Virus record (IMG/VR): IMGVR_UViG_3300023174_000065
DNA from: a virus
DNA: 64,000 nucleotides
Reading direction: 5' to 3' (one strand)
A program made the translations under genes and the position numbers. The notes beneath the pieces are model-generated. The model had not been told where the DNA came from. It worked only from the letters and a program-made list of their open reading frames with translations, and did not search any database. Shown here in pieces: positions 20,190-29,559 of the stretch (positions are counted from its first letter, which is position 1; every line of letters starts with the position of its first letter).

Positions 20190-22526
20190 ATGGCACAATT
20201 ACTAGGCGGAACACGCATATACGGAAATGCTACCGTTGACGGGCAACTATTTTTGACTACAAGTACACAATCATCATCAACTGTAACAGGTGCGTTGATT
20301 GTTACTGGCGGCATTGGCATCGGTGGCACGGTATATGCATCGACCATGTATGAAAATTCTGCTAGAATTGTCAGCACTTCTACTATTAAATTGTATGCAG
20401 CAACCTCTGTGCAAAATGGAACAGATACTGTTATAACTCTTTCAACAACTACAGGACAGTTGACAGTTTGGAATACTAGTACACTGCAATCTATCACATC
20501 TCGTGGTGCAACTACTGATAAAGCAATCACAATAACAAATACAACTCCGTCATCAAGCACCTCAACTGGTGCATTAGTTGTCACAGGTGGCATGGGGGTC
20601 GCAGAAGACATCTATGTGGGCGGACAAATTGCAGTTGCAACGATCACATCGATATCAGGTGATATTACAATTGATCCTGCTGGCACAAGTAATGTTGTTT
20701 TTGGCACAGGCGCACAAGTAAAAATTCAAGATACAACTGCTGCATCAAGCACTGCGACTGGTGCATTGGTTGTTTCTGGAGGACTTGGTGTAGCAGAAGA
20801 TGTTTATGTAGGCGGTCAAATTGCCGTATCAACAATCACATCAATTTCAGGTGATATTACAATTGATCCAGCGGGAACTAGTAACGTTGTATTTGGCACA
20901 GGTGCTCAAGTAAAAATTCTCGATACTACTCTTTCATCAAGTATTGCAACTGGCGCATTGGTAGTTTCTGGAGGTGTAGGAGTCGCCGAAGATGTCTATG
21001 TAGGTGGACAAATCGCAGTTGCAACAATCACGTCGATATCAGGTGATATTACAATTGATCCCAATGGCACAAGTAATGTTGTTTTTGGCACAGGCGCACA
21101 AGTAAAAATTCAAGATACAACTCCGTCGTCAAGTACTGCATCTGGTGCATTGGTTGTTTCTGGAGGACTTGGTGTAGCAGAAGATGTTTATGTAGGCGGT
21201 CAAATTGCCGTATCAACAATCACATCAATTTCAGGAAATATTACCATTGATCCTAATGGTGTTAGTGATGTTGTATTTGGCACAGGCGCTCAAGTAAAAA
21301 TCAATGATACTACTGGTGCAACCACCACTGCAACTGGTGCATTGGTAGTATCAGGCGGTGTTGGCGTTGGCGGAGATCTTTATATTGGCGGAGAAATAGT
21401 AGCTCAAAAGTTAACAATTCAATTAACGACTATTACTACTACTATGGTACAAACCGATGACATTATAAAGACTGTAAATACCACAGCGGCAACGAACACT
21501 ACAACTGGTGCATTGGTTGTTTCAGGTGGTGCAGGCATAGGTGGCAACGTCTATGTAGGCGGTCAGATTGCCGTTGCAACAATTACTTCAATAATTAGTA
21601 ATTCCGATATTACAATTGATCCCAATGGAACTGGTAATGTTGTATTTGGCACAGGCGCTCAAGTAAAAATCAATGATACTACTGGTGCAACCACCACTGC
21701 AACTGGTGCATTGGTAGTATCAGGCGGTGTTGGTGTTGCAGAGGACATCTATGTAGGCGGTCAGATTGCCGTTGCAACAATCACATCGATATCAGGTGAT
21801 ATTACAATTGATCCTAATGGTAATAGTAATGTTGTATTTGGCACAGGTGCACAAGTAAAAATCAATGATGTTACTGCTGCATCAAGTACAATAACAGGTG
21901 CATTGGTAGTATCAGGCGGTGTTGGTGTTGCAGAGGACATCTATGTAGGCGGTCAGATTGCCGTTGCAACAATTACTTCAATAATTAGTAATTCCGACAT
22001 TACAATTGATCCCAATGGAACTGGTAATGTTGTATTTGGCACAGGTGCACAAGTAAAAATCAATGATGTTACTGCTGCATCAAGTACAATAACAGGTGCA
22101 TTGGTAGTATCAGGCGGCGCGGGTGTAGGCGGCAATATCTATCTGGGTGGAGAGTTAAGGGCTAGTGGAAATATTACAGCTTATAATTCCTCAGATATTA
22201 GGTTTAAGGAAAATGTTACCACAATTACAAACGCAATCGCTGCGTTAACTCAAATCAATGGTGTGCGATTTGATTGGACCAAGGACTATATTACAAATAA
22301 CGGTGGTGAAGATGGATATTTTGTTCGAAAAAATGATGTTGGTGTAATTGCTCAAGAAATTAAAACTGTCTTACCAGAAATAGTTGGCACACGAGATGAT
22401 GGATTTTTAGCAGTAAGATATGAAAAAATAATACCTTTACTTATTGAAGCGATTAAAGAGCAACAAACACAGATTGATAATTTAAAATCTGTAATTAATC
22501 AGTTGGTTAGTAAGGACAACAAATAA
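20190..22526 (+). CDS. Tail fibre protein with C-terminal intramolecular chaperone (peptidase S74-like) domain
   Basis: Tandem 64-66 aa repeats; C-terminal 'SDIRFKENV...GVIAQE...VRYEKIIPLLIEAIKE' auto-cleaving chaperone signature followed by a coiled coil. Confidence 0.85.
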   Translation: MAQLLGGTRIYGNATVDGQLFLTTSTQSSSTVTGALIVTGGIGIGGTVYASTMYENSARIVSTSTIKLYAATSVQNGTDTVITLSTTTGQLTVWNTSTLQSITSRGATTDKAITITNTTPSSSTSTGALVVTGGMGVAEDIYVGGQIAVATITSISGDITIDPAGTSNVVFGTGAQVKIQDTTAASSTATGALVVSGGLGVAEDVYVGGQIAVSTITSISGDITIDPAGTSNVVFGTGAQVKILDTTLSSSIATGALVVSGGVGVAEDVYVGGQIAVATITSISGDITIDPNGTSNVVFGTGAQVKIQDTTPSSSTASGALVVSGGLGVAEDVYVGGQIAVSTITSISGNITIDPNGVSDVVFGTGAQVKINDTTGATTTATGALVVSGGVGVGGDLYIGGEIVAQKLTIQLTTITTTMVQTDDIIKTVNTTAATNTTTGALVVSGGAGIGGNVYVGGQIAVATITSIISNSDITIDPNGTGNVVFGTGAQVKINDTTGATTTATGALVVSGGVGVAEDIYVGGQIAVATITSISGDITIDPNGNSNVVFGTGAQVKINDVTAASSTITGALVVSGGVGVAEDIYVGGQIAVATITSIISNSDITIDPNGTGNVVFGTGAQVKINDVTAASSTITGALVVSGGAGVGGNIYLGGELRASGNITAYNSSDIRFKENVTTITNAIAALTQINGVRFDWTKDYITNNGGEDGYFVRKNDVGVIAQEIKTVLPEIVGTRDDGFLAVRYEKIIPLLIEAIKEQQTQIDNLKSVINQLVSKDNK
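20565..22150 (+). repeat. 192-198 nt in-frame tandem repeats (about 7 full units in two blocks)
   Basis: Unit 'TGALVVSGGxGVAEDxYVGGQIAVxTITSI(S)GDITIDPxGxxNVVFGTGAQVKIxDxT'; units start at about 20565, 20757, 20949 and 21141. Confidence 0.9.
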
Positions 22527-23473
22527 TGACTATGACCAGCACAGGTTATATTAGCCTAGGCGGTGGTTCACCGACATTTGTCGTTGGTTCAGGAGGAACT
22601 CAAAAACACACATCTATACAATATGAATTATATGCGGTAAACACGGTTACTTATTCGTTAGCAGGCACTCGACAAATATCTTTAAATGATTCGGATGCGC
22701 GTACACTAGCTAGCAGGCCTTCAGGTGCTATATCATTTAGCGATTTTTATAATAAGAGTTCGTTTGTTTCTACAACTACATATTTTCAAACTCCTGGAAT
22801 TTATACTTATATTGTGCCATTTAACTATAATTCATTAACAATAGAAGTATGGGGCGGCGGCGGCGCTGGTGGCGAGGCTGGAACTATAGGTAGTGGTGCT
22901 AACGGTAGTACAAGTATAGTAACTGGTACAGGTATTACTTCAATAGTAGCAAATGGCGGTCAAGGTGGCTCGGGTTTTATAACTAACCCAGCTTACAACA
23001 ATAACACTAGTCCAGGTGGTACAGGTGGCACTGCAAGCGGCGGCAGTGTGAATGTTAATGGAAACTCAGGTAGCAGCGGATTTATTTTTTATGTTCCATC
23101 CGGATTAGGCGGAACACCTGTTCCTAGTGGCGCATTTGGTGGTCAAGGTGGTACAGGAACAAATGGTCTTTCCTTACAGGGCGGTATAGAAGGAATTCCT
23201 GGCTTTGTCGCAAATAATTCAAATGTGTTTCCAGGCGGCAATGGTGGTATTCCTGGAGCCGGAGGAGCTGGAGCATACAGAAGCGGCGGCGGCCCTCAAG
23301 GCCAAGACACTTATAATGCTGCTGGCGGCGGGGGTGCCGGCGGATATGCTAGATCAGTTATTTCAACTTTAAATTATTTTGCTGTACTAAACATCACCGT
23401 GGGCCAAGGTGGTGTTAAAAACGCGGTTGGCGGTGATGGCGGTGATGGTACTATAGTAATTACAGTCACATAA
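22526..23473 (+). CDS. Glycine-rich tail-fibre tip/adhesin-like protein
   Basis: Coupled to the fibre gene by a TAATG overlap; 'GAISFSDFYNKS' N-domain, 'IEVWGGGGAGG' and multiple polyglycine motifs. Confidence 0.7.
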   Translation: MTMTSTGYISLGGGSPTFVVGSGGTQKHTSIQYELYAVNTVTYSLAGTRQISLNDSDARTLASRPSGAISFSDFYNKSSFVSTTTYFQTPGIYTYIVPFNYNSLTIEVWGGGGAGGEAGTIGSGANGSTSIVTGTGITSIVANGGQGGSGFITNPAYNNNTSPGGTGGTASGGSVNVNGNSGSSGFIFYVPSGLGGTPVPSGAFGGQGGTGTNGLSLQGGIEGIPGFVANNSNVFPGGNGGIPGAGGAGAYRSGGGPQGQDTYNAAGGGGAGGYARSVISTLNYFAVLNITVGQGGVKNAVGGDGGDGTIVITVT

Positions 23474-23488
23474 ATTATAATAAACCTA

Positions 23489-24283
23489 TCATGTTAGTTT
23501 TGTTTTTATATACTCAAATACAGAAATACACTTTTCATCAGAAATTGATGCGCGGGTATAGTACTGATACTTGTCATGAAGATGTTTAGGAAACGAAATA
23601 ATTTCAAGTTTTGCGTTAAATTTTCTAGCAATTATTTCTGCAACACTACTAAACAGCACAGGAACACCAGTGCCTAGATCATAGATTCCCGAAGGTCTGT
23701 TATCCTCTAACATCACGCGGCATACATCTCCTACCCAAATAAAGTCCCTGCACCCGTCACCTGATCTTTCAAATATTTTAATAACACCTGTTTCTTTGGC
23801 TTGTTTTGTAAATTGAAATAGAGGACTTGCTTGACTACCTTTGTGATCCTCGCCTTCGCCGTAGACATTAAAAAATCTATATCCCCTAATATTACTAAAT
23901 TTATCAATATTATCTCTGACCCATAAATCCACAAATGCTTTTGACATTGCATAATAGTTAAGTGGATTAATCAGTGGATTATGTGTGTTGCTATTTCCGT
24001 ATACGGAAGCAGATGATGCATACGATATTGGAACATTATAATCGATGCATTTTTGAAATAATTTAATAGAATAATCTATGTTATAACGATAAATTTTATC
24101 AATGTCCGTTTCCGTAGTGTCAGAAATTGCACCCATATGATAGACTCTAGACAATCTTGAAAAATCCATTTCATTGATTACATAATCTGCATTATGAATA
24201 TCACACTCAAATACCACTTCTAAGTCAAGATATTTTGCTAAATTTTTTCCAATAAATCCATTACTTCCAGTTACTAAAATCAT
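23489..24283 (-). CDS. rfaD: ADP-L-glycero-D-manno-heptose 6-epimerase (extended SDR family)
   Basis: 'MILVTGSNGFIG' Rossmann motif, 'HMGAISDTTE', 'YASSASVYG', catalytic YxxxK 'YAMSK', 'RFFNVYGEGEDHKGSQAS', 'RDFIWVGDV', 'YQYYTRA'. Confidence 0.88.
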   Translation of the reverse strand: MILVTGSNGFIGKNLAKYLDLEVVFECDIHNADYVINEMDFSRLSRVYHMGAISDTTETDIDKIYRYNIDYSIKLFQKCIDYNVPISYASSASVYGNSNTHNPLINPLNYYAMSKAFVDLWVRDNIDKFSNIRGYRFFNVYGEGEDHKGSQASPLFQFTKQAKETGVIKIFERSGDGCRDFIWVGDVCRVMLEDNRPSGIYDLGTGVPVLFSSVAEIIARKFNAKLEIISFPKHLHDKYQYYTRASISDEKCISVFEYIKTKLT

Positions 24284-24335
24284 AATACTCTTTCAAAATA
24301 ATACGTTGTTTGATACTTATCAATTAAATAGTTTA

Positions 24336-24893
24336 ATGAATACACTTAATAATTTAACAGGAAATTTATTAATATCTCATCCTGCAAATTGTGAAAATTA
24401 CTTTTCAAGGTCCGTTATATTATTGGTACAGCATACATCTCAGGGATCATGGGGCGTGGTTGTTAATAGAAGAGCTAAAACCGTGAGTATGCAATCTGTG
24501 ATGAATACAATAGGCATAGAATACTCGGGTCTTGAACCAGTGTATATAGGTGGTCCTATAGAAACATCTAGGGTTCATATAATTCACACACTGGACTGGA
24601 TAAGTTCAGGAACCTTGTCAATTACTGATGATATTGGCATTACTGGTGATATGTCAATATTGGCTGCAATTAGTAAAGGCATGGGACCTGCCAAATTTAA
24701 AACAGGAGTAGGATTAGTTTTATGGGGTCCAGGACAACTTGAACAGGAGCTACAGAACATGTCACTAAAAGCCGGTCAAAGCTGGTTAACTATTCCTGCC
24801 ACTGTTGATCTTTGTTTATCTGAATCAGGAGATAAACAATGGCAAAGAAGCATTGACACAGTAATAACTCAGCAAGTTTCTGAATTATTTTAA
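24336..24893 (+). CDS. YqgE/AlgH (DUF179) family protein
   Basis: 'LLISHP...FSRSVILLVQH..QGSWGVVVN', 'VYIGGP' and 'WGPGQLEQE...W' motifs. Start moved to the ATG at 24336, 5 nt after TAAATA. Confidence 0.85.
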   Translation: MNTLNNLTGNLLISHPANCENYFSRSVILLVQHTSQGSWGVVVNRRAKTVSMQSVMNTIGIEYSGLEPVYIGGPIETSRVHIIHTLDWISSGTLSITDDIGITGDMSILAAISKGMGPAKFKTGVGLVLWGPGQLEQELQNMSLKAGQSWLTIPATVDLCLSESGDKQWQRSIDTVITQQVSELF

Positions 24894-26329
24894 TCTTTTT
24901 CGGAATTCATGGATGCTAGCATTTCCCTGATCTTTGAACTACCTGCACTTGCTTTTATCTTACCTACATTTATTCCATCAGATGGATCTCGGACTTCTCC
25001 TGTTTCAGGATCATGATCAATTATAGTTGAAGTTTTTTTCAGGCCTTCATATATACTAGGTTTAGGAGTTGAATTGCCTTCTTCCTCGCCCAAGTCTCTA
25101 ATTCTCAATGTATCTAAATCAAATTCTAAATCAACTTTTTGACCAACGCCACTAGAACTACGAGTTTTCATAAACTGGATCTGATATCTACCTCGTTCCT
25201 TCATAGCTCTGCTTGTAAAAATGCCAATAACATTATCTGCTGTCTGAATCTTACTAAGTCCGCCAGAAATGTGACTGTGATCAAATTCTATTTCTTCAAC
25301 AGCCGCACGATTAAGCTGACTAGCTGTTACCACGATTGCTTGTGTTTCCATTGCTAGATTTCGTAACTCCTCACTGACATACTTGTCCTTGACGAATAGG
25401 TCCGAGGGACTAACCTTGACCGACATCGGCATCATCAAATCAAGATAATCTATCAACAGAATATCTGGCTTAAATCCTTTTTTAACTTGATACTCTTTTA
25501 AATATGCTCTTATGTCGTTTGTATTTTTCCCACTTGGCATATACTTGATTTGTATACTTCCGGACTGTTTTCCTAGCATTCGAACTTTAAGCTCAACATC
25601 ATCAAGATTTTTAAATACTTCTCGTGTTGCAATCCCAGTTAACATACTATCCATTCGCATGGCAACTAGTGCCTCGCTGAGTTCGAATGTTAGATATAGT
25701 ACATTAAGTCCTTGAAGTGCCCAATTACATCCTAAATTTGCAAGAAATAGTGACTTACCGCCGCCAGAAGCAGCACACCAAATGTTAAGTTCGCCTCGGT
25801 TGAATCCGCCATAAAGTTTCTTATCTACACTTGGCCAACCAGTGCTTATTTGACCATTTGAGTTTTTCAGTCCCTCTAGTCTAGCTCTAGGATCTTCAAA
25901 ATAATCAGTGCCCATATCTTTTTGTAGTGATATCTGCACAGCATCCTTGATCATTTTTTCTACAGGACCATAATCGCCTCTTTCGAGTAAATCCGCAGAT
26001 TTGATAATTGCACGTTCTAGACCTTTGTGACGAGAAAATTGTTCAAACTCATTCATTAGCCAAGTATAATTTTCTTCCGGTAATTGTACTGGATTCATAT
26101 CAACATTGCAACTTGCGTTAACGATGCTTGTCTCAGGCATAATCTTGTATTGGTCAACATATTCTTTGATGAATTCGGCAGTTTCTTGGAGTTTTCTATC
26201 AAAATTTTCTGGATCAAAAATACTGGCACAGCGTACAAAAGTTACTGCATCACTCATGAACATTTCTAGATATAATTTTTGAACATCGTAGCTATAGTTT
26301 AACACATTAGATTTCTGCATTTCGTTCAA
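24890..26329 (-). CDS. DnaB/T4 gp41-like replicative helicase
   Basis: Walker A 'AASGGGKS', Walker B 'LLIDYLDLM', 'TASQLNR'; adjacent to the primase. Confidence 0.9.
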   Translation of the reverse strand: MNEMQKSNVLNYSYDVQKLYLEMFMSDAVTFVRCASIFDPENFDRKLQETAEFIKEYVDQYKIMPETSIVNASCNVDMNPVQLPEENYTWLMNEFEQFSRHKGLERAIIKSADLLERGDYGPVEKMIKDAVQISLQKDMGTDYFEDPRARLEGLKNSNGQISTGWPSVDKKLYGGFNRGELNIWCAASGGGKSLFLANLGCNWALQGLNVLYLTFELSEALVAMRMDSMLTGIATREVFKNLDDVELKVRMLGKQSGSIQIKYMPSGKNTNDIRAYLKEYQVKKGFKPDILLIDYLDLMMPMSVKVSPSDLFVKDKYVSEELRNLAMETQAIVVTASQLNRAAVEEIEFDHSHISGGLSKIQTADNVIGIFTSRAMKERGRYQIQFMKTRSSSGVGQKVDLEFDLDTLRIRDLGEEEGNSTPKPSIYEGLKKTSTIIDHDPETGEVRDPSDGINVGKIKASAGSSKIREMLASMNSEKD

Positions 26330-27302
26330 TTCTCTTTTTAATCATTTTTAATTTTATTTCACCATGTTGGCGATATTTCAATATTGAATATAACGTATAT
26401 ATTCTTCCATAATTTAGTACAGCATCGGCCACATCTTTTATTCGTGAATGCCATTCAGGAGAACTCACTGACCATCCTTGTTCTATAGCAATATCTATTA
26501 GCTTTGTTCCAGCTAGGTCGCGATCAGGCACAACTATTACCTCTTTACGCAGGGAATTTATCCTGAAGATTTGCTCTGTGTTAAGGGCATTACTCATCAC
26601 AGCAACTCCATCAATGGATATCGCATCAATTGGTCCTTCAACAACTATAACATAGTTTCTTTCATATGTCTGTCGGTCTAAGTTAAACACATAACTAGGT
26701 TGTGAACTAGTTAGATATTTAGGTCTACCCTCAGAAATTTTTCTAGCAGTCCAGCCTACTATTTTGCCTGAATAAAAATAAGGAATAATTACTCTGTCTT
26801 GATATCCAGGCGATGGACTCCACATCCATGGATACCATTCTAATTTCATGCCTCTATCTAGTACATAAGCAACAGCAGATGCAAAGTTTTCATCATTGCA
26901 TCCTTCTTTTATATATTCGTCGAAATTTTTGCAATTTTCGGGTAAAACCACCGGATTTATACCAAGATTTAAGCTTTTTTCGATAGGTTTCATGTCTTCT
27001 TTTGCACGAATTGCTTCTAGTGCAAATTTCTGTACATCAGTACTGGGAATGCCCATCCATAGCATTAAATTCCGTGTGTTTTGTGATAGCAGATGTCCAG
27101 GAGTCCATCCGGCTTTGAAGTTGCAATTAAAACAATGAAAGACAAATCCATCACCTTCAAATTTGATTCCACCACGCCCTCGTGTATCCATGCTTTCACC
27201 TCGATGATGACAGCACGGTGAATCAAATGTAGTCCATCCACCCGACGCTTGTTTGCGTTTGGCAGGCAGGACAGTGTGAACTGATTCCTGGATTATGTTC
27301 AT
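26307..27302 (-). CDS. DNA primase (T4 gp61-like)
   Basis: N-terminal Zn-binding 'PCCHH...HCFNC'; TOPRIM 'VVEGPIDA' and 'VPDRD...G'; 'KDVADA'. Confidence 0.88.
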   Translation of the reverse strand: MNIIQESVHTVLPAKRKQASGGWTTFDSPCCHHRGESMDTRGRGGIKFEGDGFVFHCFNCNFKAGWTPGHLLSQNTRNLMLWMGIPSTDVQKFALEAIRAKEDMKPIEKSLNLGINPVVLPENCKNFDEYIKEGCNDENFASAVAYVLDRGMKLEWYPWMWSPSPGYQDRVIIPYFYSGKIVGWTARKISEGRPKYLTSSQPSYVFNLDRQTYERNYVIVVEGPIDAISIDGVAVMSNALNTEQIFRINSLRKEVIVVPDRDLAGTKLIDIAIEQGWSVSSPEWHSRIKDVADAVLNYGRIYTLYSILKYRQHGEIKLKMIKKRIERNAEI

Positions 27303-27308
27303 AATGTT

Positions 27309-27337
27309 ATTTTAACTGAAATATTGTATTTGGTCAA
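27309..27337 (-). promoter_or_regulatory. sigma70-type promoter for primase (leaderless)
   Basis: TTGACC-N17-TAAAAT on the - strand, ending 6 nt before the ATG at 27302. Confidence 0.65.
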
Positions 27338-28211
27338 CAAATCCATTGGGAAATTTGTTATTATTTGATCCAATAGGATTTCCAGTAGGATAATAATTTA
27401 CACCAAAAGCATCATTCTTTGGTTTGATTTTAAATCTTACCGCAGTGTATGCTCCTGTCCATGAAAGTTGAATTATTCCATGTGCCGCTGTGCTAGATAT
27501 ATAATTTGTCACGGTAAATGCCTGTGCATTTGCCTGGCCAGCGGGACTAGGATTACTATCAATCGTTGCCTCTACTGTAATTTCTCCTGCAAAACTTGCT
27601 AGTGTAACAGCGGCGGTCGATGTGGTAGAATTGTAGGTAGAACTGATTTTAGGTCTAAGCCACTCGCTTACAAAAATGTATCCCATGCTGTTAGGAGTTC
27701 TATCATATGCTTTGCCTGTTTCTAATTTGTCAATATCAACTGTTTGAATAGGATATCCTATTGCAAATCCATCTTCTACTATTTCAATGTCACCGGTAAT
27801 TTCATAATATGTATTTGCATACGCAGGAGTGAATGTTCCATCTCCATTATCTTTCTTTACCAAAAACTTGTAACTAGCAGCTTGTAAATTAATTGTGTCC
27901 AGTGGATTGAATGTAACAACCGCTAGTCCTTTGGTAGATGTAGTCACTCCGTTGTCTATGACTGATAGTTTTTTGCTGAAAACCAACTCTCTGCCAGTAG
28001 TGTCAATAAGGTCTACATAATAATTAGTAGTAGTAGAAAGAAACACAGGCTTTTGATCAGAATTTTTGAACTGTATCTGTACTGAATCTTTAAATCCTTT
28101 TTGAATTTTGATCTTTCTTTGATACATAACCTTATAAATTCCTCTGGTTTGATTGGTATCGAATATTACATCGATCTTATTTGGATATAAATAAACTGGC
28201 AACTTGTTCAT
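27312..28211 (-). CDS. Hypothetical protein, probably structural
   Basis: 299-aa ORF preceded by TATAAATA at 28219-28226. Confidence 0.6.
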   Translation of the reverse strand: MNKLPVYLYPNKIDVIFDTNQTRGIYKVMYQRKIKIQKGFKDSVQIQFKNSDQKPVFLSTTTNYYVDLIDTTGRELVFSKKLSVIDNGVTTSTKGLAVVTFNPLDTINLQAASYKFLVKKDNGDGTFTPAYANTYYEITGDIEIVEDGFAIGYPIQTVDIDKLETGKAYDRTPNSMGYIFVSEWLRPKISSTYNSTTSTAAVTLASFAGEITVEATIDSNPSPAGQANAQAFTVTNYISSTAAHGIIQLSWTGAYTAVRFKIKPKNDAFGVNYYPTGNPIGSNNNKFPNGFVDQIQYFS

Positions 28212-28231
28212 GACGTTGTATTTATAAAAAT

Positions 28232-28618
28232 ATGAAACATATAAAAACAGAAGAATTTCAAATTAAATTTCCATTTGTATCATGCATTCGGTGTGGTAAT
28301 GAAGAATACGTGGGTATAATAATCAATCATGACACACTTGTAACAAGTATGTACGATATCAGTGTGATTAAATCTGAATCTGATCGACAGAAATTATTAG
28401 ATTTAGGTGACACATGGTGGTGGGAATCTAATAGAAAAATACCCATTAGTATATTTTTAAAGTCCGATATGATAGTATTTCGTCCTATTATAAAAACATT
28501 CAATAGTAAAGATGTTACTATAATTTTTGGACCAGTTGTTAATCTTAGTGAAATATCCGAAAAACGAGTTAAGCGGAAGTCGATACAATTAATCAGGGCG
28601 CCGTCGAAGAGCCGCTGA
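28232..28618 (+). CDS. Conserved hypothetical jumbo-phage protein
   Basis: 128-aa ORF with 'WWWESNRKIPISIFL' motif; fills the gap between neighbours. Confidence 0.6.
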   Translation: MKHIKTEEFQIKFPFVSCIRCGNEEYVGIIINHDTLVTSMYDISVIKSESDRQKLLDLGDTWWWESNRKIPISIFLKSDMIVFRPIIKTFNSKDVTIIFGPVVNLSEISEKRVKRKSIQLIRAPSKSR

Positions 28619-29165
28619 GATACTCACATAATAAATTCATGTGTATTATCACCGCTATAGCATAACTGAATGCGTGACTTTTTTTCCAGTAATATTCTCC
28701 ATTAGTTGGTTTTATCCATACTTCATTTAATATAGTATTCCAATCTTGGCCTACTAAATGAATTTTTGCAGGTCGAATCATTGCAAGAACTGCTGCCAGC
28801 TGTTCTACTGAAGTAGGACAATTCTTTTTTAAAATGTCTGCATGGCCGCTTAGTTGAAATAATAAATCCACAAACTCAGACTGTTTTAAAAGATCCCACA
28901 GTGGCTCAGTGTTCATTAACTCAATTAAATGATTTTCGTCTCTTACATCTTTATAGAAATTGACATTCAATAAATCAATTTTAAAATATCCACGATCTCC
29001 TGCCTGTTTGTAGTCTATTGCAGAGTTGCCTGTTAACGGATTAATAGGAATTTCTTGACAATATATTCCTGTTTTATGCATTCTGCCATCTACTAAAGAA
29101 GCAGGAATATGTTTTATTATATTGAGGATATCATTCCGATCTGCAAAATCAATATCAACGTCCAT
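28593..29165 (-). CDS. dnaE: Miniature DNA polymerase III alpha (family C) catalytic-core protein
   Basis: True start is probably MDVDIDF (ATG 29165). Motifs 'DVDIDF', 'HKTGIY', 'GYFKIDLL', 'AMIRP' and 'KKSHAFSYA' match DnaE PDxDxDF, HAxG, GLxKxDFL, ALxRPG and FNKSHxxxYA. Confidence 0.8.
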   Translation of the reverse strand: MDVDIDFADRNDILNIIKHIPASLVDGRMHKTGIYCQEIPINPLTGNSAIDYKQAGDRGYFKIDLLNVNFYKDVRDENHLIELMNTEPLWDLLKQSEFVDLLFQLSGHADILKKNCPTSVEQLAAVLAMIRPAKIHLVGQDWNTILNEVWIKPTNGEYYWKKSHAFSYAIAVIIHMNLLCEYLSGSSTAP

Positions 29166-29559
29166 TATTTTCTCCGGACATTGCAAGTTTATACAACATT
29201 TGATATTGATCGTATGCTTTTTGAACAGCGGGATGTTTTTCTCGAAATGATTTCTCGTCATTCCGTCTCTGGATATAATGGTTAAACACATCCATACTTC
29301 CAGTATATTTCATGCTTTCTTCAACACGTTCGTAAAATTCCATCAGGCGTTCTAATGAGCTTTCTGGAATCTGAATGGTGTGCAGAGTTTCAGTTTCATA
29401 AGGAATGTCGTAGGAATAGGGATCTTTGCCATATTTGTCAAGACCTCGAACCCTCATTGGCGGGTATCGGTGATAGCGGCGATTACTATCTACAATATTC
29501 ATATCATATCGGTATAAAAACTCTTTTGCTTTTATTGTTTTATTTACAGAGTTGTCCAT
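29155..29559 (-). CDS. Hypothetical protein
   Basis: 134-aa ORF coupled to its neighbours; C-terminal 'REKHPAVQKAYDQYQMLYKL'. Confidence 0.6.
   Translation of the reverse strand: MDNSVNKTIKAKEFLYRYDMNIVDSNRRYHRYPPMRVRGLDKYGKDPYSYDIPYETETLHTIQIPESSLERLMEFYERVEESMKYTGSMDVFNHYIQRRNDEKSFREKHPAVQKAYDQYQMLYKLAMSGENNGR

Noticed and set aside
760-22135. Many short alternative-frame and antisense ORFs inside the structural genes
   Set aside because: They are shadows of biased codon usage in long Thr/Gly-rich genes, with no RBS, promoter or motif support.
29166-29291. N-terminal extension of the DnaE-like ORF
   Set aside because: It overlaps the upstream gene; homology starts at MDVDIDF, which has GGAG upstream.
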